NCBI GenBank assembly: GCA_964401135.1
Contig: CAYNXC010000001.1
Span: forward strand, 2,627 to 66,626
From: an uncultured Candidatus Saccharibacteria bacterium
GTDB taxonomy: Bacteria > Patescibacteriota > Minisyncoccia > Phycocordibacterales > UBA9988
Direction of reading: 5' to 3'
Length of the DNA: 64,000 bases
The notes under the pieces: model-generated
What the model was told of the DNA's origin: nothing
Database searches by the model: none
Seen by the model: only the letters and a program-made list of their open reading frames with translations
Translations under genes and position numbers: made by a program
In this document: one piece after another, positions 46,867 to 57,600 of the stretch
Numbering within the stretch: position 1 is the stretch's first letter
Layout of the letters: every line of letters begins with the position of its first letter

Positions 46867-46887
46867 GGAGGCAAGCATACCAGCAAA

Positions 46888-48231
46888 CTAGAGATCCTGC
46901 AAGGGGTCGATCATATTCTGTTGGATATTCGTGGCAATTTTCATCACACTGTCGCCGTAGAAGGCATTGCTCGGCTTGGACCAATTACCCCCCGCGTAGT
47001 AGCGCAGTGCCGCCTCGCGCTCTGCTGCAAAAGTCTGCCGTGAGGCTCCAAGTTCAGATAGATAGATGGCTGAAGCCATAAAGGCATCTTCTGGCTCCCA
47101 TGGGTTCGGTGGATTATGCCCCGTTGCCGCGACAATCTTTGCCTCATACGAGGCCCAAGTGGTAGGGATGAACTGTGAAGGCCCCATCGCGCCGCCCCAG
47201 CCATTCCCCATCGGGCAAGAGAGGGGCATAGACTCTGGGTCCAGACCGAGTTTTTTGGTTATACGCAGGTATACTGACTCATCATCGCGTTTAGAGTTAT
47301 CACCCGGCCCTGGCATAATCGCCCTCCACTGTTTTGAGACAGGATCTCCCGGCCGGTTACAGGTGCCAATATTTTTACCCAAATTTGTCTCCTGAGTAAG
47401 GATGGCCAGTAAGAACGCGGGACGGACGCTCGTCTTTGCGGATGCGGCATTTGCAAATTCTAAGGCTTTACCAAAAGGGATAGCACTAGAGTCACGGAGA
47501 GCAAAGAGGGCACTCCTGATATCCGCGGCTCGCTGACGGCGTTCCGTAAGCACTTTTGAATATGCGGCTTCTTGTGTCTTTGATACCGAGAGTATCCCCT
47601 GTTTATCTTTCTCGTGCATCTCTACCTCTTTTTTCTTTGACTCAATTTCCAGCTTTGCGCTTGCTTCTGCTACCTTCTTCTCTTCCAAACTCTGCTTTTC
47701 AACTTGTGTTTTTTGCTTGGTACCACGGATAACATCCATGGAGTCACGGATATCGGTCTGCACCGTTTGGATGGAATCAACTGCACTATAGAAATCAGAA
47801 AATTGCTCATTGCCAAGTAAAACCTCGGGTAGTGAGGATGACTCGTACTCTTGAGAGTCTTGCAGGAGCCGCTTTAAGTACTCACGGCGAATAGCGAGTT
47901 CTTCTTCAAGAGTGAGGATGGTTTTCTCTTTCGTGCCAATATCCTTACTGATAGTAGAGATAGCGAGACTGCGTGCTTTAATCTCTAACTGTGCCTGTTT
48001 TATCTGTGCATTCAAAATAGCGATGTCACGCTCTATTGAGGCTGTCTCTTTGCGCTTACTCTTGAGCAACTCTGCTTGGACAGCAATCTCTGCTTCTACC
48101 TTTGCCAGTTCTGATTCCAGATTCTTTTTCCGCTCTTCAACAGTAAGTGCCGCCTCTCCATAAATAAGTGGCGTAAAGGATGCGATAACTATGGCAAGGA
48201 AAAAAGGCAGGGGCATCCTTGTGTGAGACAT
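46888..48231 (-). CDS. Secreted coiled-coil protein with a C-terminal lytic transglycosylase (MltB/SLT_2-like) domain
   Basis: Signal peptide, PcsB/CwlO-like coiled coil, ILTQET, GAMGPSQFIPTTW. Confidence 0.8.
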   Translation of the reverse strand: MSHTRMPLPFFLAIVIASFTPLIYGEAALTVEERKKNLESELAKVEAEIAVQAELLKSKRKETASIERDIAILNAQIKQAQLEIKARSLAISTISKDIGTKEKTILTLEEELAIRREYLKRLLQDSQEYESSSLPEVLLGNEQFSDFYSAVDSIQTVQTDIRDSMDVIRGTKQKTQVEKQSLEEKKVAEASAKLEIESKKKEVEMHEKDKQGILSVSKTQEAAYSKVLTERRQRAADIRSALFALRDSSAIPFGKALEFANAASAKTSVRPAFLLAILTQETNLGKNIGTCNRPGDPVSKQWRAIMPGPGDNSKRDDESVYLRITKKLGLDPESMPLSCPMGNGWGGAMGPSQFIPTTWASYEAKIVAATGHNPPNPWEPEDAFMASAIYLSELGASRQTFAAEREAALRYYAGGNWSKPSNAFYGDSVMKIATNIQQNMIDPLQDL

Positions 48232-48260
48232 GAGTTTAGTATAGCAAAAACGGCGAGAGT

Positions 48261-48896
48261 CTACTCGCCGCTTGCTTCTGCCTCTTCCTCTTGCTTGCCG
48301 CGCTTTTCTACTTCAATTTGAGAGATGTCCATCGTCGGGGTCTCCTCTTCCTCCTTGGCAACGGTGAGTGCCGCAACGATATCTTCTGGGTCAGCAACGG
48401 CCTTCACTCCTGTGGGGAGAGAGAGATCCTTCACCATAATTTGGCTTTCTAATGTCTCCAGCACACCTAGGTCAACAGTGATCTCGTGGGGGAGATCCTT
48501 GGGGAGCGCTTCAACCTCCAGCTCGTGGAGTACCTTCACCACAATACCGCCAAGCTTTACCGCAGGGGCATCACCCTCCCAGACAATCGGGACCGAGACC
48601 TGGAGCGCCTTACCTTTCTCAATTGCATAGAAATCAATGTGGATAAATTCGCCAGTAGAAGGGTTCTTCTCCACTTCGTGAATGAGTACATCTACATCAC
48701 CAGTGGGGGTTTTGAGTGTAATAACCGAGGACTCGCCCGCGACACGGTATACCTTCTTGAAATCAGGAAGTGCGACAAAGTATGAGGCGGATTCCTCTTT
48801 GCGTCCGTAGGCCACAACAGGCAAGAGCCCCTCTTTGCGGCTCGCGGTGAGGGCCTTCCCATAAATATCTCTCTTTGTTGCTGCAAGTGTAATCAC
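48261..48896 (-). CDS. rplY: 50S ribosomal protein L25/Ctc
   Basis: PVVAYG, HIDFY, LPHEITVD; GTG start 7 nt after TATAAT (the ATG at 48905 overlaps the -10). Confidence 0.93.
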   Translation of the reverse strand: MITLAATKRDIYGKALTASRKEGLLPVVAYGRKEESASYFVALPDFKKVYRVAGESSVITLKTPTGDVDVLIHEVEKNPSTGEFIHIDFYAIEKGKALQVSVPIVWEGDAPAVKLGGIVVKVLHELEVEALPKDLPHEITVDLGVLETLESQIMVKDLSLPTGVKAVADPEDIVAALTVAKEEEETPTMDISQIEVEKRGKQEEEAEASGE

Positions 48897-48933
48897 GGCG
48901 GCCATTATACCGCCCTAACCCAAAAAGTCAAAA

Positions 48934-48978
48934 TGTTAAACACTCGGTGTTTAACAAAGGATCGAGTGTTTAACAAAG
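48934..48978. repeat. REP-like palindrome TGTTAAACAC-TCG-GTGTTTAACA plus an extra half copy
   Basis: Perfect 10-bp arms at 48934-48956; CGAGTGTTTAACA at 48963; recurs at 63986. Confidence 0.8.
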
Positions 48979-49086
48979 AAAGAAATACTGTCTACCTGCC
49001 CCTAATAAATACCAGACAAAAACGAAGGGAAAGAGAACCAAGACCGCAACAATAAAAAAATAATTATTTTTCTTGATGGATAATCT

Positions 49087-49524
49087 TTACTCGGGAATCT
49101 GTATGCTTGTCTCCAAGCTATCGTCTGAAGTTCCTAGATCACTGACATCATTCGCATTCCCTGTCATTATTCCAATAAAATAGAGAATCACTGAAATCGC
49201 AAGGACAAATGAAAAAGTCGCTGTTTTTTTCCAGACAACTCCTTTTGATGAGAGGCTTCTATAAAGAAAGGCAGAGATAACCCCTAGAATAATTGCTACA
49301 TACAAGACCTCATACCATGCCATGGTGTATGTTTCAAAAATATCTTCGAGTACAGATAAGGGTGTATAAAGCCCGTTTAGAAGGGCTAATACTATTTTAG
49401 AGAGAGGGATACCAAGTAAAGGAGCTGCGGAGATGGATAATGAAAATGGAAGTAATATATGAAGTATCCCCACATATACGACACCAAAAAGAACACCCGC
49501 TAATACAGATCTTATAGATGGCAT
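49087..49524 (-). CDS. Hypothetical multi-pass membrane protein
   Basis: About four hydrophobic segments; AT-rich. Confidence 0.65.
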   Translation of the reverse strand: MPSIRSVLAGVLFGVVYVGILHILLPFSLSISAAPLLGIPLSKIVLALLNGLYTPLSVLEDIFETYTMAWYEVLYVAIILGVISAFLYRSLSSKGVVWKKTATFSFVLAISVILYFIGIMTGNANDVSDLGTSDDSLETSIQIPE

Positions 49525-49550
49525 ATATCTAAAATCCTTATGAGATAATC

Positions 49551-50420
49551 TTATAATAGATTATTAAATAACTTCAGACGGGCGGAGGTGGCGGATTCTA
49601 TAGCTAAAACGGCACTTCGCATAATTTTGTAGGGGGCAACTTCATCAGGATTCTCTTGGAGCGAAAGCTTAACCGCGTCGCGAAAGGCAACACGCAGTTC
49701 TGTAGAAATGTGTACCATTGAAACCCCCACCTTAATTGCCGCGACAAAATCCTCATCGGGTGTACCCGAACCCCCGTGGAGCACGAGCTGCACCCCTGCT
49801 GCCTCACGAATAGCCTTTACCCGTGGAATGTCTAGATGAGGATCCTTGCTGTGCTTAAGCATCCCGTGGATGTTCCCCACCGCAGGAGCTAGGAGATCTA
49901 CTCCCGTCTCTTTCACAAACTGCATCGCATCTTCCGGAGTAGTAAATGTCTCCGCGCTCTGTGCTGCTCCCTCCGGTACCTCATCAAGGAGCTTTGAAGA
50001 TTTACCAATATAGCCAAGTTCTCCCTCTACTAATATATCTCGTCCGGAGTTCCGCGCATAAGCCACACATTCCTTCGTTTTGGCAATATTCTCTGCCAAA
50101 GGAAGTTCCGCTCCATCAAAGATAACAGAGTCAAATCCGGCATCAATCGCCTCCTTCACCCGATCGACTGAATATGTATGATCTGCGTTTAGGAATATGG
50201 GGTACCCATACTCACTCCGAAGACTCTGAACAAGCGCCACCACTTGCCGTACTCCAATAAAATCTCGCTCGCCTTCAGACACGCCAATGACCACGGGGAG
50301 TTTGAGCGCGCGAGCGGCATTACAAACTCCGTGGAGCCCCTCAATGTTTGAGATATTAAAGTGACCAAGGGCAATGCCTCGCACCTCTGCGTCGGCAATA
50401 CTTTCTCGTAAACTCACCAT
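49551..50420 (-). CDS. fba: Class II fructose-bisphosphate aldolase
   Basis: NADH, VEGELG, VGNIHG, LVLHGGSG. Confidence 0.93.
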   Translation of the reverse strand: MVSLRESIADAEVRGIALGHFNISNIEGLHGVCNAARALKLPVVIGVSEGERDFIGVRQVVALVQSLRSEYGYPIFLNADHTYSVDRVKEAIDAGFDSVIFDGAELPLAENIAKTKECVAYARNSGRDILVEGELGYIGKSSKLLDEVPEGAAQSAETFTTPEDAMQFVKETGVDLLAPAVGNIHGMLKHSKDPHLDIPRVKAIREAAGVQLVLHGGSGTPDEDFVAAIKVGVSMVHISTELRVAFRDAVKLSLQENPDEVAPYKIMRSAVLAIESATSARLKLFNNLL

Positions 50421-50463
50421 AGGATTATTCTAACACAAGGCCTTCTCATGATATAATCCGGGG

Positions 50464-51453
50464 ATGAAGCAGTATGATTTCGTCGCCATTGGAGACATCG
50501 TTGTAGACGCATTTATCCGCCTTATCCAAGCAAACATATACACCGAAGAGGGCATAGAGCAACTCTGCCTCGTGAATGGTTCTAAGATCCCCTACGAGTC
50601 GGTTACTGTGCTCCCCTCAGTGGGAAATAGTCCCAATGCTACGGTCGCGGCGGCTCGACTCGGCCTCTCTACAGCTCTCGTCACCGATCTTGGTGCTGAT
50701 GATAATGGGGAACTATGCCTCGCCTCTCTCACTAAAGAAGGGGTAGAGACTCCCTTCGTACGCACTCATGAAGGTAAGCAGACAAATTACCACTATGTAC
50801 TCTGGTTTAAGGATGAGCGCACCATCCTCATCAAGCATGAGGAATATCCGTACATCTTCCCAGACATAGGATCTCCGCGCTGGGTATATTTGAGTTCTCT
50901 CGGCGAGCATTCCCTCCCCTACCATGAGGCCATAAGTGCATACTTGAATTCACACCCAGACATCAGGCTCGCTTTTCAGCCCGGTACCTTCCAAATCAAA
51001 ATAGGAAAGGAGAAACTTGCCGCACTGTATGCGCGGACGGAGGTTTTTTTCTGCAACACTGACGAGGCGCGTACTATTTTAGGAAATAGTGAACAGGATG
51101 GGATGACACTCGCGCGCGCCATCTCTGCACTCGGGCCGAAAATTGCGGTCATCACTGATGGACCACGCGGTGCCTACTGTTATGATTCATACACCAGTGC
51201 CGCGCTCTTTATGCCACCATACCCTGACCCACAGCCACCCTTCGAGCGCACTGGCGCAGGGGATGCATTTTCTTCTACCTTTACTGCAGCACTCGCATTA
51301 GGAAAAGATGTGGAGGAGGCGCTCCACTGGGCACCCGTTAACTCTATGTCTGTTGTACAAAAAATAGGTGCACAAGAGGGGTTACTCTCCCAAGCCGAAA
51401 TAGAAGAGTTCTTACGCACAGCTCCAGCAGAGTTTACTCCAGAAAAGCGATGA
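50464..51453 (+). CDS. PfkB-family carbohydrate kinase
   Basis: GNSPNA, NTDEA, ITDGPRGA, RTGAGDAF. Confidence 0.92.
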   Translation: MKQYDFVAIGDIVVDAFIRLIQANIYTEEGIEQLCLVNGSKIPYESVTVLPSVGNSPNATVAAARLGLSTALVTDLGADDNGELCLASLTKEGVETPFVRTHEGKQTNYHYVLWFKDERTILIKHEEYPYIFPDIGSPRWVYLSSLGEHSLPYHEAISAYLNSHPDIRLAFQPGTFQIKIGKEKLAALYARTEVFFCNTDEARTILGNSEQDGMTLARAISALGPKIAVITDGPRGAYCYDSYTSAALFMPPYPDPQPPFERTGAGDAFSSTFTAALALGKDVEEALHWAPVNSMSVVQKIGAQEGLLSQAEIEEFLRTAPAEFTPEKR

Positions 51454-51457
51454 GTGT

Positions 51458-52876
51458 ATGAAGGGATGGCAGAAAGTACTACTCTTCGTATCCATATCCT
51501 GTGTGGGACTCATAGTATACTCGCCACACCTTCACTACCCATACCCGTTCCATGTTGATGAATGGCACCACATCTCGCAAGCACTCCGCATGGGAAGTGG
51601 CGCGTACACACTCTCTTTCCAGAGTGCCGAGATTGGGTTCCACATCTTTCTTTTTCTCGTAAGCACCATAACCGATCTCGTGATGGTATACCGATTCCTC
51701 CCTGCGCTCGTGGCAATGATTGGGGCATCCGCGATATTCTTTTTGAGCTATCGCATCAGTGCATCATTCTGGACCGGGCTCGCGGCACTCTTTTTTTTCG
51801 CAACCATTACATCAAATGTGAATGTAACCGGATTATGGTTCTTCACCCCGCTATCGTTTGCGATCCCGCTTGTCTATGCGTACCTCTACTGTTTCTACCG
51901 TGCAATTGAAGAAAGGAGTGTTACGCACCTGCGCATTGGAATTGTTCTTTTCGCGCTACTTATTCCCGTCCACGCCGTCTCTGCATTGATGAGCCTTCCC
52001 GCGCTCTTCGTCTATGCAGTACTGCGGCGTGAACAGTTTATGGAGTACCGCAGATATGTGGGCGCGCTTATTGTGGTGCTCATCGGTGGAATGTCCTTTT
52101 TTATCTGGCTGCTCCCCGGATCGTTTACCAGTGATCTCGTACAACTTTTTTCTCTCATACAGTTTAGGTATGGATGGGGTGTGGTAGAAATGGAGAACTC
52201 ATTGTTTGAGCTGTACAGTGTTATCGGATATATCCTTGCAGTCATCGGAAGTATCGCACTCGTCATTCAGAAAGAACATCGTCGGTATACGCTATTTCTC
52301 CTTCTCCCCGCGACACTCATTATCTCTATTGTCATATTCAAGGTGACCGGCATATCTTTTCTCTCCCCCTATCAAAGAAACCTATACTACTTCACGATTG
52401 GGTTGCCGCTCTTGAGTGCATATGGGCTGGGTTACCTATTTTCCCTCATCTGGAAATATGTCCCAAGTACCCCCGCTCGTAGTGGGATCGCGTTTGTTCT
52501 CATCTGTACCAGTGCAGGATCTTTGTATGGATATTGGAGGCTTCCACCGAGGAGTGAGCTCTATTACACCATTACTGATGCGGAGTATCATGCACTCCGC
52601 ACCCTCCGCGAGTATCCAGAGGGTCTAGTGATGGCAGAGGCACTTCCATCGGTATCTATATATCCACTGTCAGGACATGAGCCAGTTGCATCCTTAGTGT
52701 TTGATGGTAAGCGCAGCATAAATGATACCTTTATGCACGGAGAAAATTGTGCAGAAAAAAGAGATTTTCTCCTAGAGAATCCTCGCGTCCGCTATATTCT
52801 CTCAAACGACAGGCTCACCTGCGGATGGATACAAATATACGCAAAAGGAACCTATATCTATGATACTAAAGAATAA
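51458..52876 (+). CDS. Polytopic membrane protein, probable GT-C glycosyltransferase
   Basis: Acidic DE motif (HVDEWHH) after TM1, many TM helices, soluble C-terminal domain. Confidence 0.6.
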   Translation: MKGWQKVLLFVSISCVGLIVYSPHLHYPYPFHVDEWHHISQALRMGSGAYTLSFQSAEIGFHIFLFLVSTITDLVMVYRFLPALVAMIGASAIFFLSYRISASFWTGLAALFFFATITSNVNVTGLWFFTPLSFAIPLVYAYLYCFYRAIEERSVTHLRIGIVLFALLIPVHAVSALMSLPALFVYAVLRREQFMEYRRYVGALIVVLIGGMSFFIWLLPGSFTSDLVQLFSLIQFRYGWGVVEMENSLFELYSVIGYILAVIGSIALVIQKEHRRYTLFLLLPATLIISIVIFKVTGISFLSPYQRNLYYFTIGLPLLSAYGLGYLFSLIWKYVPSTPARSGIAFVLICTSAGSLYGYWRLPPRSELYYTITDAEYHALRTLREYPEGLVMAEALPSVSIYPLSGHEPVASLVFDGKRSINDTFMHGENCAEKRDFLLENPRVRYILSNDRLTCGWIQIYAKGTYIYDTKE

Positions 52877-53528
52877 CATCTCCATCATACTCCCATGCCG
52901 TAATGAAGAACTGGGTATTGGGCACTGTATAGAAAAGATTCACTCTGTCTGTCCGGACGCAGAAATCCTTATAGTGGATAACAAAAGTGACGATCGGAGT
53001 GCGCATATTGCACACATGTGTGGAGCACGTGTCGTACAAGAAGAGAATGTTGGGTATGGCGCCGCTTGTAGAACGGGTTTTTCATCTGCGCACGGCACGG
53101 TACTCATACTCGCAGATGCGGATAATAGTTACACGCTTACTGATGTCCCTGCTCTAGTCGCCACACTCAGAGATGCTGATATGGTAGTCGGGGAACGGGT
53201 ACTACACCAGTGGAATGTCATGCCGCTCATGCATCGCTTTTGCGGAAATCCATTTTTTTCTCTCCTCCTCCGTACCATCTTTCGTGTTCCTGTGGCAGAT
53301 ACACAGTCTGGATTCATCGCAATAAAAAAAGACTCATTGGCAAAACTTCACTGTACAAGCACAGGTATGGAATTCATTTCCGAACTGTACATCAAAGCAA
53401 GTCGTGCTGGGCTATCTATTGTACGCTACCCTACTATATACACGAGACGCCTTGGGGTTTCAAAATTGCGCACTTTTACTGACGGGTTCCGTCATCTACA
53501 TCTAATCAGCACGATGATATTCCGTTAA
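52860..53528 (+). CDS. GT2 glycosyltransferase, polyprenol-phosphate-sugar synthase-like
   Basis: PCRNEE, VDNKSDD, GYGAA, DADNSY, DTQSGF. Confidence 0.88.
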   Translation: MILKNNISIILPCRNEELGIGHCIEKIHSVCPDAEILIVDNKSDDRSAHIAHMCGARVVQEENVGYGAACRTGFSSAHGTVLILADADNSYTLTDVPALVATLRDADMVVGERVLHQWNVMPLMHRFCGNPFFSLLLRTIFRVPVADTQSGFIAIKKDSLAKLHCTSTGMEFISELYIKASRAGLSIVRYPTIYTRRLGVSKLRTFTDGFRHLHLISTMIFR

Positions 53529-53531
53529 GAT

Positions 53532-54656
53532 ATGCGCATCGCTATTTTTCATAATTACTTAGATAACATTGGAGGAGCAGAGAAAGTTAGCCTCCTGTTC
53601 GCGCGAGAACTTGGAGCAGATATCTATACTACAAACATTGATGCAGAAAAAATTCATCGGATGGGTTTTGATACCAAAAATATCTTTTCAATCGGACATG
53701 TTCCCATAAACGCGCCATTACGCCAAGAGGCAACCACATACCACTTCAGCCGTCTATCATTGGGAAATCGTTATGATATGTACATCATTGCTGGAGATTG
53801 GGCAATTGGCGCTGCGCTCCACAATCGTCCCATCGTATGGTATGTGTTCTCCCCTGCGCGAGAGCTCTGGGACCTCTACGAGGAGACGCGGGCAAATACC
53901 GTCCCTTGGTACAGCAGATCCATTTATGATTGGTGGGTTCGAAGGCACCGTAAGAATAACTTATCTATTCTTTCACACATAGATGGCATCATTGCTACTT
54001 CAGGTACCGTACAGGCGCGCATACGCAGTTTTTTTCATCAAGAGACGCCAATTATCTACCCGCCCATCGACGCATCGCTCTATTATAATACTGGGGATCA
54101 CGGATATTGGCTCTCGGTCAATCGTCTCATTGGACATAAACGAGTCGACATTCAGGTAGAAGCCTTCCGGCAAATGCCGGAAAAACAGCTACTCATCGTG
54201 GGAAGCTACGAACGCTCCCTTCATTTTAGAAAGTACGCGACGCAAATCATGCACTCACTTCCCGCGAATGTACAGGTAAAGAGTTGGGTGGAAGACGAGG
54301 AACTCCGCGAGCTCTACGCGGGATGCCGCGGCTTCATCACAACTTCGCATGACGAAGATTTTGGGCTCACCGTCCTGGAGGCGATGGCGAGTGGCAAACC
54401 TGTCATCGCGAGCGATGAGGGAGGATACCAAGAGACGGTCATTGAGGGAACAGGGATACGCATCACACCAATTACCCCAGAGGAGCTCATGCGAGCAGTG
54501 CGGACCATCTCCCAAGATCCAGTTCCTTTCTGTATTCAATCACAGCAACACGCCTATCATTTTGATATTGCCAAAGTATGTACTCGCTTACAGGATGAAT
54601 GTATCCGGCATCTTATAGATCATCAAAAGGGCCGAGACGGATCGCATCCGGAGTAA
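53532..54656 (+). CDS. GT4 glycosyltransferase
   Basis: GGAEKV, HKRVD, EDFGLTVLEAMASGKPVI. Confidence 0.92.
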   Translation: MRIAIFHNYLDNIGGAEKVSLLFARELGADIYTTNIDAEKIHRMGFDTKNIFSIGHVPINAPLRQEATTYHFSRLSLGNRYDMYIIAGDWAIGAALHNRPIVWYVFSPARELWDLYEETRANTVPWYSRSIYDWWVRRHRKNNLSILSHIDGIIATSGTVQARIRSFFHQETPIIYPPIDASLYYNTGDHGYWLSVNRLIGHKRVDIQVEAFRQMPEKQLLIVGSYERSLHFRKYATQIMHSLPANVQVKSWVEDEELRELYAGCRGFITTSHDEDFGLTVLEAMASGKPVIASDEGGYQETVIEGTGIRITPITPEELMRAVRTISQDPVPFCIQSQQHAYHFDIAKVCTRLQDECIRHLIDHQKGRDGSHPE

Positions 54657-57600
54657 GATAAGGGTCATACTCACAGTACCTGCGCCATCGACGATACATC
54701 AATATTGTACTCTCAGGAGATGCCCCGAAAGGACGAGAGGAAGATTCATGATGAATGAGATTGACATATGGGGTTGCGAGTACTGAGTATCCGACACGAC
54801 GAAGACGGAGGCAAAAATCAACATCATTATACGCGACAGGAAGTGCACTATCAAATCCGTGAATCTTTTTCCAGTGATCTCGCCTCGTCATCAAACACGC
54901 TCCGGTGACAGCTAAAAATTCACGAGGAATATTCGGAAGATGTTCCGCATCAATATCTGCTTTACTCATACAACGATACGCATTGTATGCGATATGTCTT
55001 GGACCTAGGCCCATAACGATACCATACTCTTGTAAATACCCATTGGGATACCAGAGACGCGCCCCAACTACACCGATATGTTCTGAGCTTTCAAAATGTT
55101 CAGCAAGAACAGTGATCCAATTATGCTCCATACCCCACGCATCGTCATTTAGAAAAAGGATGGTATCCCCCTTACCTCCTTGAGCACCCTGGTTACAGAA
55201 CAAAGAAAAATTAAAAGGCCGGTCAACTTGAAGCTCTCGCACCATATTGTGTGGAAAAGTTGCACAAGTACGCGTAATATCCTCTCTAGCGCCATGATTG
55301 ATGACCGTCACATAGAGATGGTCATGCTGGTTGAAATCATAGATCCGACTTAGGCATTCTGACAGCATCTGGGCGTTACAGCTGGGCACGATAACATCAA
55401 TCTGAGGCTGCGTCACCATATGGTAATGGATGCGTACGCGACATGTCTCAGCAGAATGGAGATGGACCTCTGCATATTTACCTCTTCGTGTAAGTTCATC
55501 GCTTACTGCAGCGATAATGGCACTAGAGACATATGGCTTTACAGAGACGCTATACGAAGTAGAGAGCTTGTGTGCACGCCAAGCATACAACACGAGAGGG
55601 ATGTGCTCGATACTCTTAGTCAGGCGCGTTGCGCGCAGGAGAAAGTCAAAATCTTGTGCTCCATCGTGCTGTATTGAAAGGCAGCCTGTGGCATGGACAC
55701 ACGACAGACTCATACAGACAAGATGGCCGAAGTAATTTGCAGAGAGGAACGCCTCCGGCGACCAATCTGGTTTATATGCGAACTGCTTCAATGTCCCGTC
55801 TTCATAGATGATTGATTCGTCTGAGTATACGATATCCGCGCCAGTACGGATAATCGTTCGAGCGCACTCGGCAAGGGCATGAGGGTAAAGTAGATCGTCG
55901 TGATCCATGAATGCGACATATGAGCCACGCGCATGGGAGAGCGCGGCATTTGTATTCCCAGAAATGCCGAGGTTACTCGTGAGAGGGATGATGCGAATAC
56001 GAGTATCAGCGTACGCCATGCGTTGCAACGCCTCTCGTGCTTCATCATCAAGCTCTGATGTCGCAATGCATAGTTCCCACTGCTGATACTCCTGATTTCG
56101 CAATGATTGAAGCGCCTCCTGTAAAAAGAGTGCGGTGGATCGCCACGCTGGCATGATGACACTTATAAGAGGGCCGTGAATGAGAGATCTATCTTCTCGC
56201 TGATTGACAATGACACGGAGAGAGTGGTGGGTCGGATCAGGGATACAGGGTATGAGCTCTCTTAGAGCAGAAATGGCACTGCGTGGAGAGAAATAAGTTT
56301 CTGCATACTCGCACGACTGATGCCGCATAGTCTCTAACAGCCTGAGATCTGTGCAGAGGCGCACGATAGAAGAGACAAATTCGTCTCTCGTATCAGCAAT
56401 AAGAAAAGGTGCTGTCCCACAAAAACCTTCTGCTCCGACAGTAGTAGTCACTACAGGTACACCATGGATGAGTGCATCTGAAATCTTTCCTTTTACTCCG
56501 GCACCAAAACGGAGTGGAGCAATGACAGCGGTTGCAGAGTGATACAAATTGTCGAGTGCCCGTTCATCAGGAAAATGAACAAAATGAATGCCTGGAGCTC
56601 GCTCAACATATTCAAGCGGTATGAACGAACCAGCAACAACAAGATGTGCCTCTGGTAACATTGAGTGGAGATCAGGGAATAATTCATCAACGATCCATGT
56701 GAGGGCATCACGGTTTGGCTCGTGTAGAAAGCCCCCTACAAAGAGAACGACTGGCGCACGCTTCATCGTAGTGGAAGCTGTCACATTCCCAATAAAGATC
56801 GGAAGGAGAGCGACTGGTACATGCGGATACCGTTCTTCAATGATACTTTTTTCTAAGGTCGAATGGGTAAATATCCCCGAGACACGAGGACAGACAGCAT
56901 CCTCTTCTATACGAAAAGAAAGTGACGATACCGTAGGATCTGTGGCGAGAAATGCAATTTTTCGTTCCTCTCGAAGAGAGGCGATATCAGTAATGACTAA
57001 AAAGAATGGCGCCGGAATGTGAAGGCGTAATTCTTCACCGAGATCAGCCATAACTGAGGTACGAAAACAGAGCACGACATCCACACCCTTCCCATAGAGT
57101 GCCGCCCATGCTCGGGCATTACCCCTATGGACGAGCTCGATACCGATTTCCTGAATCGCAGGAGAGATGGAATCAAGTCCGGTATCTGTTTGGGGGATGA
57201 ACACAACGGTACATCCGATGGATGCGAGTAAGGTTAAGTAGTGGAATGTACAACGAGATCCTGCATCTTCTGAAGGGCGTGGTATAAAACGATCAAGTAC
57301 GACAACCACAGGGGCTGAACGTCGTGCTTCATTTCCAAACCGGTGAATATGTTTCTCCGTCTTAAGCGAGGGAAGGATCTGTCTCCATTTCGCAAGAAAT
57401 AACGGGCGTCTCTGCCTAACGTGAAAACGTACTGCATAATCTCCAGAGTCTCCGTACGATGCATGCTCCGAGTGTACGACTCGCGAGCGTGGCTGGTATA
57501 ATACGCGCTTGTCTAATGTCAAGGCTTGCAAGGCAAGGTCGGTATCCTCATAGTAAGCTGGGGTGAAGCGGATGTCATAACCACCAACTTCTTCCCAAAA

